NCBI GenBank assembly: GCA_030390025.1
Contig: CM059432.1
Span: 54,748,001-54,812,000 of the forward strand
DNA length: 64,000 nucleotides
DNA from: Squalus acanthias
Lineage: Eukaryota
Reading direction: 5' to 3'
Translations under genes and position numbers: made by a program
Shown: positions 38,661-52,339 of the stretch, piece by piece
How the letters are laid out: the number at the start of each line of letters is the position of its first letter
How positions within the stretch are numbered: the first letter of the stretch is position 1
The notes under the pieces: generated by a model
Database searches by the model: none
The model's input: only the letters and a program-made list of their open reading frames with translations
What the model was told of the DNA's origin: nothing

Positions 38661-39838
38661 TATTAAGTACTCACTTACTAAAAGGACATGCCTGCTCTTT
38701 ATCGTCCATTTTACCACATCGTTCAAGTTAGAAAATCAGGAAATTGCACCATCAGGTAATCAACTTCATTCGCATAAGAATTGGGTGTTTAATGAAGATC
38801 TTGCACATGGAAATGAAAATCAGGCAGGTTCTATAGCGGGCAGATGATCCACTCTACCAGTTTACCGCCCAAGTCGTGATGGTGAAAATTACTCATATTA
38901 TCAGCCCCATAGAGAAAATATTCAGAATGTTTCATATGTCATAAGCTATTCCAAAGAAACTATGTTTTCATGTTGGTCCTTGCCCTGAAGTCGAAGAAAA
39001 TCTACATTCAACTGGAAAGGTAATGATCCAGATATTCCTGTTCCTCCTATGCACAAGTGCCAGCTACCTTGGCCCTTTCAGTATACTGCAGGGACCTGAC
39101 CTGAACTCAACTGTATTTCTTGTTTCAGGTTATTAGCATGGCCTCAGCATGCCCCTCGCGCAGGCCCTGAGAGGCATGCAGCAATGGAAATGACGGCTGG
39201 CTGTGGAGCCTTCTCGCTACTGTTCAAAAATAACAGCCAGAAGGCCTTTAGCCCTGAAAATCTTCTGCCTGGTGTTGCAAAATAAAGCATTTCATTCCAG
39301 GTGGCTCGAACTAGTGGTGCTCAGGCCCCACTCAGATCCTCCAATGTAAGCAGGGCTGAGAACAAAGCCTAATGCCTGCTTCTTAAGGGGGTGACTTCCA
39401 TTAGACACCCGACTGGATCCCTGGAGGAAAACATTGACATACTATTACAATGTCTGTAATTGTTGTAGGAGCAGAAGCTCCATCCTCCCCGCAAGACCAG
39501 TATAACGGTCTCTGCCATTTTTTCCTCTGCGCTGCACGCTCAAAATAGGTACACTTGGGACGGACAGCAGAGGAATATTGGGGCCAATATCATTAGTATG
39601 TTGGTACTTCTCCTTTTGAGGTGGATGTACTTTATTAAATAGTCTATATTTTGTCAACTATGTAACAGGTTTACTAATTTTATCATTTTTGGGATGGAAG
39701 AGGGAAGAGAACACCCAAAAATGCCAGGTATCACTGCTCTTGTTCATTTTAACACTCAGGATATTAGCAGCAGCGAGCTTACATCCTTATGATCAAAAAT
39801 AAAGAATACTTTGCAAATTATTCATGTGTGCAGATAAA

Positions 39839-40618
39839 GACCTGGATTTTGCGGTCAGCGGCGAACGAATGGCACCAGCCATTCATTACACTTCCACTTG
39901 CCCATAGTCTTTCTGTGGTCTTTTGCACTGGAACTTGCTGTGATTAGAAATACATTTCAGCGCAGCGCCTTCTACAGGGGATCTGGGACCTGTGTGAACA
40001 GGACAAGCAACTGTGTGTCTCCTTAACAAATCAAATTGAAGAATTATTAATAAGGCACGCAGAGTCTGAATCAGGAAGTGTAATTTAGGATAGTTAATTC
40101 AGTGTCAAATAAGGTACAGAAAGCGAAATAAAGAGAGGGAAAGAAAGATGGGATTAAGAGAGAGAGATAAAAGAGTCCGAAAGAAAAAGTTAAAAAAAGG
40201 TATTTGATTTTTTAAAATCTCCAACAATAATTAAAGTCTGAAAGAATGAGACTCCACGCTTGTAAAAGTTAATTTCCAGTGCCAGAGAGGTTGTTTGGCA
40301 GTAATTAAGATTTATCACGCTGTTAAAAATTTACTTACACTGGAATGGACAAGCCCTAACTTTTTCTGGCGTGTTTAGTGGATATCTATCACGTAATTAC
40401 CACAACTTCATGCCCTTCCATGTGTTTTAATGCCAAGTCTCTCAGCGAGATACTGTTATAGTGAAGTTTCTGGAGGAGCAGGACAACTTGGACAGCAACT
40501 TCCTGATTTCCGCATTTAACTGTGCATGTGCGGTCGCTGGAAGTTGCTGTCTGATTTATTCTTTAATAACGGTGTACACTGATAGCCTCATCATTATTAT
40601 TACCACAAAATCCAGGCC
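39839..40618. mobile_element. Harbinger-type MITE (780 bp), inverted relative of the 35825 element
   Basis: TIRs GACCTGGATTTTGCGGT / ACCACAAAATCCAGGCC; near-TSD AAA/AAT; colinear internal sequence. Confidence 0.82.
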
Positions 40619-40699
40619 AATGTATTTTAATCACAAATAACCTAACTTGAATCAGTCAAAACACTTACTTGTATAGTAACAATCAAGGTTTATAAGATG

Positions 40700-41112
40700 A
40701 TAAAGCCAGAATTCGGTTAGATGTTAGGAGATGGTACTTTTCCCAGAGAATAGTGGAAATCTGGAACAGGCTGCCGGCTCATGCGGTGAATGCCGATTCG
40801 CCGAATTCCTTCAAGCAAGAGTTGGACCTGTTTCTGGCTGGGGCTGAGATTACCTTGTACAAGAGGTAGGTACCATATAACATTAATCAGGGCCAGACAG
40901 GTATCCTGGAGTAATGTTGATCGCCTAAGCGGGTCAGAGAGGTATTTTCCAGACTTTCTTTCCAATTGACTTGGATTTTTATCTGATTTTTTGATTCTCT
41001 CAGAAGATCACATGGCGGGGTGGAGTATGTATATATTGTGATACACAAGGCATCACATTTTTGTGGAACAAGATGGATGGACCAGTAGGTATTTTCCTGT
41101 ATGATCCGTATG
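40700..41112 (+). mobile_element. 3' end of a third CR1-like family
   Basis: Matches 42900-43270 (GAATTCCTTCAAGCAAGAG.TGGACCTGTTTCTGG). Confidence 0.75.
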
Positions 41113-41234
41113 TTACCAGATGAGTCTGAAGGTAGAAGGTTAGCAAATGGGGCAGGGTATACAGTAGTAGAAAATGTTAGCAGAGGTTAAGAAGGCCAAG
41201 CGTCTTTAGGAGCTATACCTAAGAGTGGCACTAG

Positions 41235-41749
41235 TTCCTTACCTAAGGAAGGATATACTTGCCATAGAGGGAGTGCAACGAAGGTTCACCAGACTGGTCC
41301 CTGGGATGGAGCGTTTGTCCTATGAGGAGAGATTGAGTAGACTAGGCCTATATTTTCTGGAGTTTAGAAGAATGAGAGGTGATCTCATTGAAACATATAA
41401 AATTCTTACAGGGCTTGACAGGGTAGATGCAGAGAGGATGTTTCCCCCTGGCTGGGGAGTCTAGAACCAGGGGTCACAGTCTCATTTAGGACTGAGATGA
41501 GGAGAAATTTCTTCACTCAGAGGGTGGTGAATCTTTGGAATTCTCTACCCCAGAGGGCTGTGGAGGCTCAGTTGTGGAGTATATTCAAGACAGAAATCGA
41601 TAGATTTTTGGATATTAAGGAAATCAAGGGATATGGGGATAGTGCAGGAAAGTGGAGTTGAGGTAGAAGATCAGCCATGATCTTATTGAATGGCGGAGCA
41701 GGCTCAAGGGGCCAAATGGCCTACTCCAGCTCCTATTTCTTATGTTCTT
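41235..41749 (+). mobile_element. CR1 3' fragment
   Basis: PYLRKDILAIEGVQRRFTRL; CR1 3' UTR and tail. Confidence 0.9.
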
Positions 41750-41849
41750 AGCTCAAGGGACAAAGAGAATGGTCAGTCAAGGAATTATGATAGAAGAGGA
41801 ATTTAAGGACATGACACTGCACTACTTAAGGATTTTACAACATAGGCTC

Positions 41850-43830
41850 TTTTTTTATTTGTCCTCAGGGCCTGGCAATGCTGGCAAGGCCGCAATTATT
41901 GCACATATTTAGTTGCCCAGAGAAAGGGAAGGTCTCCTTGAACCAGTGCAGTCTTTATCGTGATGATTTTCCCACAATGGTGTTATAGGGAATTGCAGGA
42001 TATTAAACCAGTGACGATGAAGGAACAGCTATATGTGTCCATGTCAGGATGGTACGTGACTTGGAGGGGAGTTTGGAGGTGATGCTGTTCCCACAACATC
42101 ACTGCTCTGTCCTTCTGTGTGGTAGAGGTTGGAAGTGAGAAAATAATCTTGCTGAGCTGCTAACGTGCATCCTGTAAATAGTACATACAGCAGCCCCAAT
42201 GTGTCGCTGATAGAAGGGGTGGATATTGAGTCCAATGGTAGAGGTGCCATGAAAGTGAACTGCTTTATCTTGGCTGGTGTCAAGCTTCTTGACTGTTCAG
42301 GTGGATCTTAATGTGTTGGGAGATTGGGCTCATGACTGGCAAATGATGTTTAAGTTGTATAAGTGCAGTGTTATGCATGTGGGCAGGGTAAATGCTCAAC
42401 GTTCGTACACCCTTCAGGAAAAAGCATTAAAGAAGGTGGAGAAAGAAAGAGATCTAAGTGTTCTAGTGCATAGATCTCTAAAGGTACATGAGTAATACCG
42501 TGAAGCGATAGCTGGAGCAAATATAATGTTGGGGTGCATTCATAGGACAATTAATTATAAGACGAGGCATACTATTTTGTCCTTGTACAAGACCTTGGTC
42601 AGGCTCACTTGAAATACTGTGCCCAGTTTTGGTCTCTGCACATGGTGGGTGATATTGAGGCTTTGGAAAGGATGCAGAGGAGGGCCACTAGACTAATTCC
42701 CAGTTTAAAGCATCTTAGTTATCAAGACAGGCTAAAAGAGTTGCGACTCTACACTTTAGAGAAGCATAGACTTAGGGGTGATCTGATTGATATTTATAAG
42801 ATGATGAAGGGAATAGATTGTGTTCCAGTTGACAGTTTATTCCAATTAGATAGGTTAGGGAGGACCACGAGTCATTATTTTAAGTTGTATAAGGTCAAAT
42901 CTAGGTTCGATGTCACAGAGAATCGTGGACCTCTGGGACAGGCTGCCATCTCGTGCGGTGATGCTGATTCACTGAATTCCTTCAAGCAAGAGCTGGACCT
43001 GTTTCTGGTTGGGGTGGACATCACCTCTTACAAAAGGTAGGTACTTCAGGGAAGTCAGGGCCAGAGCGATCTCCTGGACTAGTTTCGATCGCCTAGATGG
43101 GTCATAGAGGAATTTCCAAGATTGTTTTGCCCTCAATTTGGCCTGGGTTTTTATCTGGTTTCTCGCCTTGCCCAGGAGATCAGTTTTGGGTGGGGTGGAG
43201 TGTATATATTGTGATAAACAAGGTATCACAATTGTGTGGGACAGCCTGGATGGCATTGTTCGTCATTGTTCGTATATTGCAACTACAGCCATCCAGATGA
43301 ATGGGGAATATTCCATCATTCTCTGACAGGAGTCTTGTGGGTAGGTGGATAGGCTTTGAGGGATCAGGAGGTGAGCCATTCATCAGAGTACTCAGCCTCT
43401 GCCCTGATCTTGTTGCCACAGTGTTGATATGAATGGTCCAGTTAATCTGTTAGCCAATGGTAACCCCCAGAATGTTAAGATGAGTATTGCCTGGTGTTTA
43501 TGCAGCAATGATGTTGCCTGCCACTTATCAACCTTAGCCTGGATATTGTCCAGGTTCCACTGTAGGTTGGCAGGGGTTGCTTCAATATCAGAGGAATTAT
43601 GAATGGAGCTGAACACCATACAATTTTCAGTAAACAGTCCCACTCCTGACTTTAGGATGAAGGGAATGTCATTGATGAAGCAGCTGAAGATGGTTGAGCT
43701 GAGGATGCTTCCCTGAGGAATTCTTGCAACAATGTCCTGGGCCTATGATGATTGGCCTCCAACAATACATGTCAGGAATGACTCCAGCCACTGGAGGGTT
43801 TTCCCTTTAACCCCCACTGACCACAGTTTC
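41850..43830 (-). mobile_element. Decayed family-B LINE 3' portion, split by a CR1-like insertion at about 42298-43270
   Basis: Degenerate similarity to 32300-33290 on both sides of the insert. Confidence 0.7.
42298..43270 (+). mobile_element. 5'-truncated CR1-like LINE (third family)
   Basis: YCAQFWS..LERMQRRATRLIP..RLRGDLI (ORF 42609..43040). Confidence 0.85.
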
Positions 43831-45919
43831 TCCAGAGTACAGTCACACCTCAGAGGAAAGCACAGGTGCAGGAAGGGGGGAGTGTGACTGTCAGTCAACA
43901 GGGTAAGGGGAACTGAGGGGAGATACAGGAGGTGGTCCCGCAGACACTGATCCTATCCAACAGGTACAATGTACTTGATACCTGTGAGGAAAAGGAGAAA
44001 GACTGCGGGGAGGACAGCCACAATGCTGACCTAGACACCGTGGAGCAGAGGGCTGTCCATAGGGGGGAGGAGCAGAATAGCAGAATATTAGTTATAGCAG
44101 ATTCAATAATTAGGAGGATAGATAGCATCCTCTGCAGCTATGATCGAGAGTCCAGAAGAATGTGTTACCTACCTGGTGCCAGGGTAAGGGATATCTTGAT
44201 TCAGCTGGCAAGGAATTTGGAAAGGGAGGGGGAAGATGCAGTTGTTGTGGTCCAAGTCAGGACCAATGACATAGGGAAGAAAAGGGAGGAGGTCCTGTTG
44301 AGGAAGTATCAGGAGTTAGGAGCTAAATTAAAAAGCAGGACCTCAAGAGTGGTAATCTCAGGATTATTACCCACGCCGCATGCTAATTGGACAAACAGAT
44401 CAGGATGGTGAACACGTGACTAAGGGAGTGCTGTGGGAAGGAGGGGTTTCATTTCATGGGACACTGGCACCAATACTGGGACAGGACAGAGCTGTACTGT
44501 TGGAAAGGGCTGCACCTGAACCAGCTGGGACCAAGGTCTGGGCAGAAAGGATAAATAGGGTGATAAAAAGGACGTTAAACTAATAAATGGGGGGGGGGGG
44601 CTCCATCAGAAATAAATAAGAAACATGTTAAGTTAAATGGTGTGAGAAAGACAACATCAGGGCAGAAGGACAGGTTAGGGTCTCTTGCTCAAATAAGAGT
44701 TTTATAGACTAACGCATATAAGAAATAAATTGAGTGAATTAGAGACTCAAAAACAGCTAGAGGGTATGACGTGGTGTCCATTACTGAGATATGGCTGCAA
44801 ACTGGTCATGATTGGGAGTTAAATATTCCAGGTTATAAGTTCTTTAGAAAGAATAGAGAAACTGGAAGAGGAGGAGGGGTAGCCTTATTGATTAAAGATA
44901 CTATTAAAACCGAGTATATAGGTAATTGAAAGCAATTAGCGGAGACTCTATGGTTACAATTGAGGAATAGCAAGGACTTAAAACTGTAATGGGAGCTGTC
45001 TACAGGCTCCTGATAGCAGCAATGAAGTGGCAGAATGTATTAATTCTGAAATTAGAGAGGCTTGCAGCAAAAGCAGAGTTGTTTTAATGGGAGACTTTAA
45101 TTTTCATATAGATTGGGAAGAACAGAGTAGCTCAAGTCAGAAAGGTAGTGAATTTCTTGAGTACAATCAAAATAGTGTTCTGGAGCAATGTGCTCTAGAA
45201 CCAACAAGAGGACAGGCCATATTAGGTTCAGTAATGAGTAATGACCCAGATTCAGTTGATAATCCAACAGTTTGGGAGCATTTATCTAACAGTGATCATA
45301 ACATGATCAAATTCAATGTTAGGTTTGAAACAGAGAAACATAACAGTTACTAAGATTTGGTACAGCTAACTTGAGACAGAGACTGATGACATCAAACTGG
45401 TCAAAACTGTTATCAGGTAAAACTACAGATGAACAGTGGGAGGTGTTCAAAAAAGAATTTAGCTTAATTTAGCTTAATACAGGACCAGTGCTCTACTTAC
45501 CAAATAAAACAGCCATGGTCGACAAAAGAGGTGATAATGATAACATAAAACTAGAGGAAAGAGCACACAAAAGTGCAAAGAATAGTGCAGATCCAGGGGA
45601 CTGGGAGAGATATAAAGAACAGCAAAAGAAGCCAAAAAAGATAGTAAGAGCTGCAAAAAGGGAATATGAACAGAAACCTGTGAGGGATATCAAGATTAAC
45701 ACAAAGTTTTTACAATTATATTAGAGTGGTCAAGAGTAATGTGGGGCCTTTAAAAACAAATGCGGGTAATATTGCAAATGAAAATAAGGAAATGGCAGAC
45801 TTGTTGAATAATTACTTTGTGTCAGTCTTCACAGTAGAGGAAGAGGATAACATACCTGACATTCCAAGGAAACTAATAATAAATCATGGACTGGATGTCA
45901 CTAAAGTTAATGTAAGCAA

Positions 45920-48409
45920 CAACAACAACAACTTGTATTTATATAGCACCTTTAACATAGTAAAACGTCCCAAGGCGCTGCACAGAAGTATTTTAAGACA
46001 AAAAATTGACACCGATCCACATAAGGATAATTTAGGGCAGGTGACCAAAAACTTGGTCAAAGAGGTAGGTTTTAAGGAGCGCCTTAAAGGAGGAAAGAGA
46101 GGTAGCGAGGTGGAAACATAGAAACATAGAAACATAGAAGATAGGAGCAGGAGTAGGCCATTCAGCCCCTCGAGCCTGCTCCACCATTCAATGAGATCAT
46201 GGCTGATCATCCAAATTCAGTACCCTGTCCCTGCCTTCTCTCCATATCCCTTGATCCCTTTAGTTTTAAGAAATATATCTAACTCCTTCTTGAATATATT
46301 TAATGAATTGGCCTCTACTGCCTTCTGTGGTAGAGAATTCCACAGGTTCACCACTCTCTGGGTGAAGAAATTCCTCCTCATCTCAGTCCTAAATGGCTTA
46401 CCCCTTATCCTTAGACTGTGACCCCTGGTTCTGGACTCCCCGGCCATCGGGAACATCCTTCCTGCATCTAGTCTGTCTAGTCCTGTTAGAATTTTATAAG
46501 TTTCAATGAGATCCCCTCTCATTCTTCTAAACTCCAGTGAGTATAAGCCCAATCAACCCAATCTCTCCTCATACGCCATTCCTGCCATCCCAGGTATCAG
46601 CCTGGTGAATCTTCGCTGCACTCCCTCCATGGCAAGAACATCCTTCCTCAGATAAGGCGACCAAAACTGCACACAATACTCAAGATGTGGTCTCACCAAG
46701 GCCCTGTACAACTGCAGCAAGACATCCTTGTTCCTGTACTTGAACCCTTTCGCTACGAAGGCCAACATACCATTTGCCTTCTTAACCGCCTGCTGCACCT
46801 GCATGCTTACCTTCAGCGACTGGTGCACAAGGACACCCAGGTCTCGTTGCACTTCCCCTTCTCCCAATCTATTGCCATTCAGATAATAATCTGCCTTCCT
46901 GTTTTTGACACCAAAGTGGATAACCTCGCATTTATCCACATTATATTGCATCTGCCATGCTTCTGCCCAATCACCCAACCTGTCCAAATCATACTGGAGT
47001 TTCTCGGCATCCTCCTCACGGCACACACTCCCACCCAGCTTTGTGTCGTCTGCAAACTTGGAGATATTACATCCAATTCCATCGTCCAGATCATTAATAT
47101 ATATTGTGAATAGCTGGGGTCCTAGAACCGATCCCTGCGGTACCCCACTAGTCACCGCCTGCCACTCGGAAAAAGACTCATTTATTCCAACTCTTTGCTT
47201 TCTGTCTGCCAACCAGTTCTCTATCCAAGTCAATACCTTGCCCCCAATCCCATGTGCCTTAACTTTACACGCTAATCTCTTATGCGGGACCTTATCGAAA
47301 GCCTTCTGAAAGTCCAAATACACCACATCCACTGGTTCTCCCTTATCCATTTTACCAGTTACATCCTCAAAAAATTCCAGTAGATTAGTCAAGCACGATT
47401 TGCCTTTTGTAAATCCATGTTGACTTTGTCCGATCCTGTCACTGTTTTCCAAGTGCTCTGCTATTACATCTTTTATAATGGACTCTAGCATTTTCTCCAC
47501 TACCGATGTCAGGCTTACTGGTCTATAATTCCCCGTTTTCTCTCTACCACCTTTTTTGAATAGTGGGGTAACATTAGCTACCCTCCGATCCATGGGTACT
47601 GTTCCAGAGTCTATAGAATTTTGGAAGATGACCAGCAATGCATCTACTATTTCTAGGGCCACTTCCTTAAGTACCCTAGGATGTAGATTATCAGGCCCTG
47701 GGGATTTATCGGCCTTCAATCCCGTCAATTTCCCTAACACTATTTCCCTACAAATACTGATTTCTTTCAGTTCCTCCTTCTCATTAGACCCTATGTTCCC
47801 CGACATCTCTGGGAGGTTATTTGTGTCCTCCTTTGTGAAGACAGAACCAAAGTATGTATTTAATTGGTCTGCCATTTCTTTGTTCCCCATTATAAATTCC
47901 CCTGATTCTGACTGCAAGGGACCTACGCTTGGCTTCACCAATCTTTTTCTCTTCACATTTCTATAAAAGCTTTTACAGTCAGTTTTTATGTTCCTCGCAA
48001 GCTTACTCTCATACTCTATTTTCCCCCTCTTAATTAATCCCTTTGTCCTTCTTTGCTGAATCCTATACTGGACAGGTTTAGGCAGGGAATTCCAGCGTTT
48101 AGGGCCTAGGCAACAGAAGGCACGGCCACCAAAGGTTGAGCGATTATAATCAGGGATGCTCAAGAGGGCAGAATTAGAGGAGCGCAGATATCTTGGGGGG
48201 GTTGTGGGGCTGAAAGAGATTACAGAGATAGGAAGGGGCGAGGCCATGGTGGGATTTGAAAGTAAGGATAAGAATTTTGAAATCGAGGCGCTGCTTAACC
48301 GGGAGCCAATGTAGGTCAGCGAGCACAGGGGTGATGGGTGAACGGGACTTGGTGCGAGTCAGGACATGAACAGCCGAGTTTTGGATGACTTCAAGTTTAC
48401 GTAGGGTGG
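45920..48409 (-). mobile_element. L2 3' fragment split by a CR1
   Basis: (CAA)n tail; LADLHWLPVKQRLDFKILIL; TSD AAGCAA (45914-19 / 48410-15). Confidence 0.88.
46115..48068 (-). mobile_element. Young 5'-truncated CR1 with an open RT domain
   Basis: RT motifs in ORF 46553..48247; one frameshift near 46553; close relative of 14746-18439; flanking TGGA repeat. Confidence 0.94.
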
Positions 48410-48697
48410 AAGCAAGAAAACAGTATTCGAAAAAATAATGACACGAAAGACTGACAAATCCCCAGGACCTGATGGTTTCCACCCCAAGGTTTTAAAGAAA
48501 GTAGGTGAGGAAATTGCAGCTGCTTTAGCTATAATCTTCCAAAGCTCTCTCAATTCAGGAATTGTCCATTTAGATTAGAAAATGCAAATGTAACTCCATT
48601 ATTTAAGAAAGGTGAGAGTGAGAAACTGGGAAATTTTAACTCTGTTAGTCAAACATCTGTTGTGGGTAAGTTATTGGAATCTATAATTAAGGACAGA

Positions 48698-50426
48698 GGC
48701 CGCAATTTAGCCTACCTCAGCGGATCCGGTGCGGCCGGGGTCGGTGGCGGGGTCTGACCCCGCTGCTGGCTCCAGCCCGCTCTGTGAAATGATTTCACGC
48801 TGATTGGGCTTGTTAAGCCCGCCCAGCGCATTGTCCGGCCAATTAAAGGAAGTGGGTCTGATGACATCACTTGATGACACATCATCAGCCAGTTCCCTTA
48901 AAGGGACCATGCGCAAATTGATTTTGACAGTTGTGCTGTCAGTATTCTACAGCATGAGGTGCTGCAAACACTGACAAGCACTGCACAGAGGTGCACGGCT
49001 GCACCCAGGCTCTCCCATGACTCCCTCCGTATGTTTATGGACGGAGTCACAGCACGCAAGGAGGTCCTCTTCCCTTCCCATGGGCGGAAGAGACCTCCCC
49101 AGGAGATCAACGCAGCCTGGTTGCACATTGCACAGGAGGACACAAGCAGAGATGTCATTAAGAGGACCAGACTGCAGTGGCGCAAACCTTTCAATGATCT
49201 CAACAGATCACGAAACTTTACTGCAAAGCCACACTCAACCTCATCCTGCTGTGCCACTCATCACATCCCCATCACTCTGCCTTCCCTACCCTACTCCAGC
49301 ACATCCTTACTCAGACCACTTACCTTGCACTGCCACCCATCCCTCTCTATCTACATTATCACTTCCCCATCTCACTAGCCACCCCTCACACTCATCCTCA
49401 TCCTAGTCCAATCATACCAAGTAACAACACACAAGGGTAAGCACTTGGATGTTTTAGCTAATGTTCATGTGAAGTTTCTGGTAATGTTCTGTCAAACATT
49501 GAAATCTTTATTTTCAACACTTTGTGTTCTTGGACAGATCTGTGTGCACCTTTGGAAATGGCTTAGTGAGTTGCAGTGAATGGTGAGACATAACGGTACG
49601 GTGTGGGGTGGTACCAACCTGGTGCATCATGTGGCAGCCAGGGTGTACAGCATCAAGTGAAGTAAATGTGGCTATGGTGAGGCCATCCCTGGTGTCCCGG
49701 GCAGCAATGTGGTCAGGTGCTGATTCCCTGTGTACTGTGCAGCATCAGTTGATTGCGGAGAAGGTTGGTGTTGTTGTTGGTGCTGCTGGTGTGCTTGGTG
49801 CTGCTGGTGTTGGGGCTGATCGTGGTGGGATTCTGAGGACCAAGGTGAGATAGTTTCAAGGGCACCGATGCTGATGGAATAGATGGCAGGTGAAGTTGAG
49901 ATGACAGAAGCAATCTGTCAATGGTGAGAAAAGTTGTTCCGATGAGATAACACTGGATACAGAGTTTGCTCCAAACATTTGCAAGCTGCATAAAGCTCAA
50001 TCTGTCTTCCAAATGCAGTAAGCAACAGCTTCTAACCTTGGAAAGTGAACAGCTATGAAATAATATTTTTTTAGAAATAGCTTTTATAGAACATTTGCAG
50101 CTGTCAAGTTAAGAAATCGTCCCATGCTGACAAAACTCCTGACCTCCTTACCTGACATGATCCCCGAGCAGTGGGGAAGCCTTGGGCGAACTCTTAAAAT
50201 CTAGAGGTGAGCTTAAAATGGTTTTTAAGTGCCTGTTAACAAGCTCTTAATTATCTAAATTCCCTCCCCCGCCACTTGGTGTCGTGTCTGTTCAGCGATG
50301 ACAGATCCTACATCTGGGAGACAAGCGTGGAGGCGGATTGAGAGTAGGTTCCCTACCCGCTGTCAAAAATTTCCCATCCGACCCGCCACCAAACGCGCCC
50401 GCTGACCCCCCTGAAAAATTCCCCCC
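48698..50426 (-). mobile_element. Internally deleted Harbinger retaining Myb/SANT exon 1 (+, about 48985-49215) and the transposase N-terminus (-, about 49690-49860)
   Basis: AAPRLSHDSL..RKEVLFP..AWLHIAQE..QWRKPFNDLNRS; ends GGCCGCAATTT / AAAATTCCCCCC; near-TSD AGA/ATA; host CR1 resumes. Confidence 0.82.
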
Positions 50427-52339
50427 ATAGTGACTGAACACTTAGAGAAATTTAAGCTGATTAGAGAGAACCAACATGGATTTGTAATGGGTAGTTCAAA
50501 CCTAATTGAATTTTTTGAGGAAGTAACTAACAGTCGTAGATAGGGAAATATTTATGGATCTAGTTTATATGGACTTCCAGAAGGCATTCAATAAGGTTCC
50601 ACATAACAGACTGTTAGCTAAAATTAAAGCTCATGGAATTGAAGACAAATTATTGACCTGGTTAAGAGATTGCTTAGGCGGTAGAAGACAGAGTGTAGGG
50701 ATAATTGGTATGTACTCGAATTGGAAGGAAGTGACTAGTGGTGTCCCAAAAGGATCTGTGCTGGGGCCTCAACTATTAACTATATTTCTTAATTACTTAG
50801 ATAACAGAATAGAGAACCATATATCCAAGTTTGCCAATAACACAAAAATTGGTGACATAGTAAGTAGTGTAGGCAGGAGCATAAAATTATAAAGGGGCAT
50901 TGATAGATTAAGTGACTGGGAAAAATTGTGGCAGATGGATTTCAATGCAAGTAAGTATGAGGTCATCCATTATGGACCAAAAAAAGATAGATTCAACTAT
51001 TTTTTAAATGGTGCAAAACTAGGAACAGCGGAGGTCCAAAGAGATTTAGGGGCCCATGTACACAGATCACTAAAATGTAGTAGCCAAGTACAAAAAGTAA
51101 TCAAAAAGGCTAATGGAATGTTAGCCTTTATAACTAGAGGGCGAGAATATAAAGAGCAAGAAGTTTTGCTACAGCGATACAAAGCCCCAGTTAGACCCCA
51201 TTTGGAGCATTGTGTACAGTTCTGGGCCCCGCAACTTAGAAAGGATAGATTGGCCTTAGAAGCACTGCAGCGCAGATTACCAGAATGTTAACAGACTTTT
51301 TATGCTGGTAGGGGAGTCTAGGACAAGGTGACATGACCTTAAAATCAGAGCCAGGCCATTCAGGAGCGAAGTTAAGAAACATTTCCTCACACAAAGGGTA
51401 GTAGAAGTGTGGAACTCTCTCGCACAAAAAGCAGTAGATGCTATCTCAATTAATCATTTTAAATCTGAGATCGATAGATTTTTGCGAGCCAAGGGTATTA
51501 AGGGATATGGAGCCAAGGCAGGTGGATGGAGTTAGCCATGATCTCATTGAATGGTGGAACAGGCTCGAGGGGCTGAATGGCCTCCTCCTGTTCCTATGTT
51601 TTGCTTTGTGCCATATTCAGTTGAATGCTGCCTTGTTGTCAAGGGCAGCTGCTCTCACCATGATGTTACAAATTGTGGTGTATAAAATTCTGCTGCGGCT
51701 GATGGCCCACAGCAACTCATGGGTGTCCAATTTTGAGCTGCTAGAATTGTCTTTTGTCTGTCCCACTTAGCACAGTGGTAGTGCCACATTATTCAACAAA
51801 GGATATCTTCATTGTGGAGATGAGACTTTGGGGGAAAAATCCGTCCCCTTAGCGCCTCCCGTTATCGATAATACCCTAGCAGATGGCGCTAACAGGGCGC
51901 TAGAGCATTATCGGCAGGGTGAGGCGAATCCAGCGCTGCACGCCAAATCCTGCCCCCTGTACCGCCGCCGGTAACAGTTATCACCGGGAGCCTCAACGCC
52001 AGGTGGGTCGTGATGCCAGTGAGTGTGCAATGCTCACTGACCACCTGATCTGCAAACTTGATTGTCGCCACCTACCTTAGCGCCTGGAGTAAACAGCGAC
52101 AGGGAGAGCTGTTGTGAAGCAGCAGGAAGCCAGTTCCAGGGGTGTTATTTAAAAGGATCATCAGTAATGACGCGCAGTTGTCAGGTTAGTGGAGTTTCAG
52201 TGGTTTCTTGTCAGTTTCACATAGTCCAACAGTTTCATTCAGTAATTTCAAGGTTATTTTGTATGAGGAGTGTTGTGGCAACTAAAAAGTAGCTACATTT
52301 ATTCTTTAAAAAATCAAACTGCTACACTTGGTTCCATTA

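Larger units (their letters stand above)
43860..51600 (+). mobile_element. Older long CR1 (ORF1 esterase and ORF2) fragmented by nested L2, CR1 and Harbinger insertions
   Basis: ILVIADSIIR (43932), MGDFN/SDHNMI (45027), DKSPGPDGFHP (48452), MDFQKAFNKV (50554), 3' UTR ending near 51600; reading continues across each insertion. Confidence 0.88.

Noticed and set aside
46553..48247. 564-aa ORF as an intact gene
   Set aside because: Chance fusion: the first ~60 codons are L2 sequence and the rest is a 5'-truncated CR1 lacking the endonuclease and frameshifted near 46553
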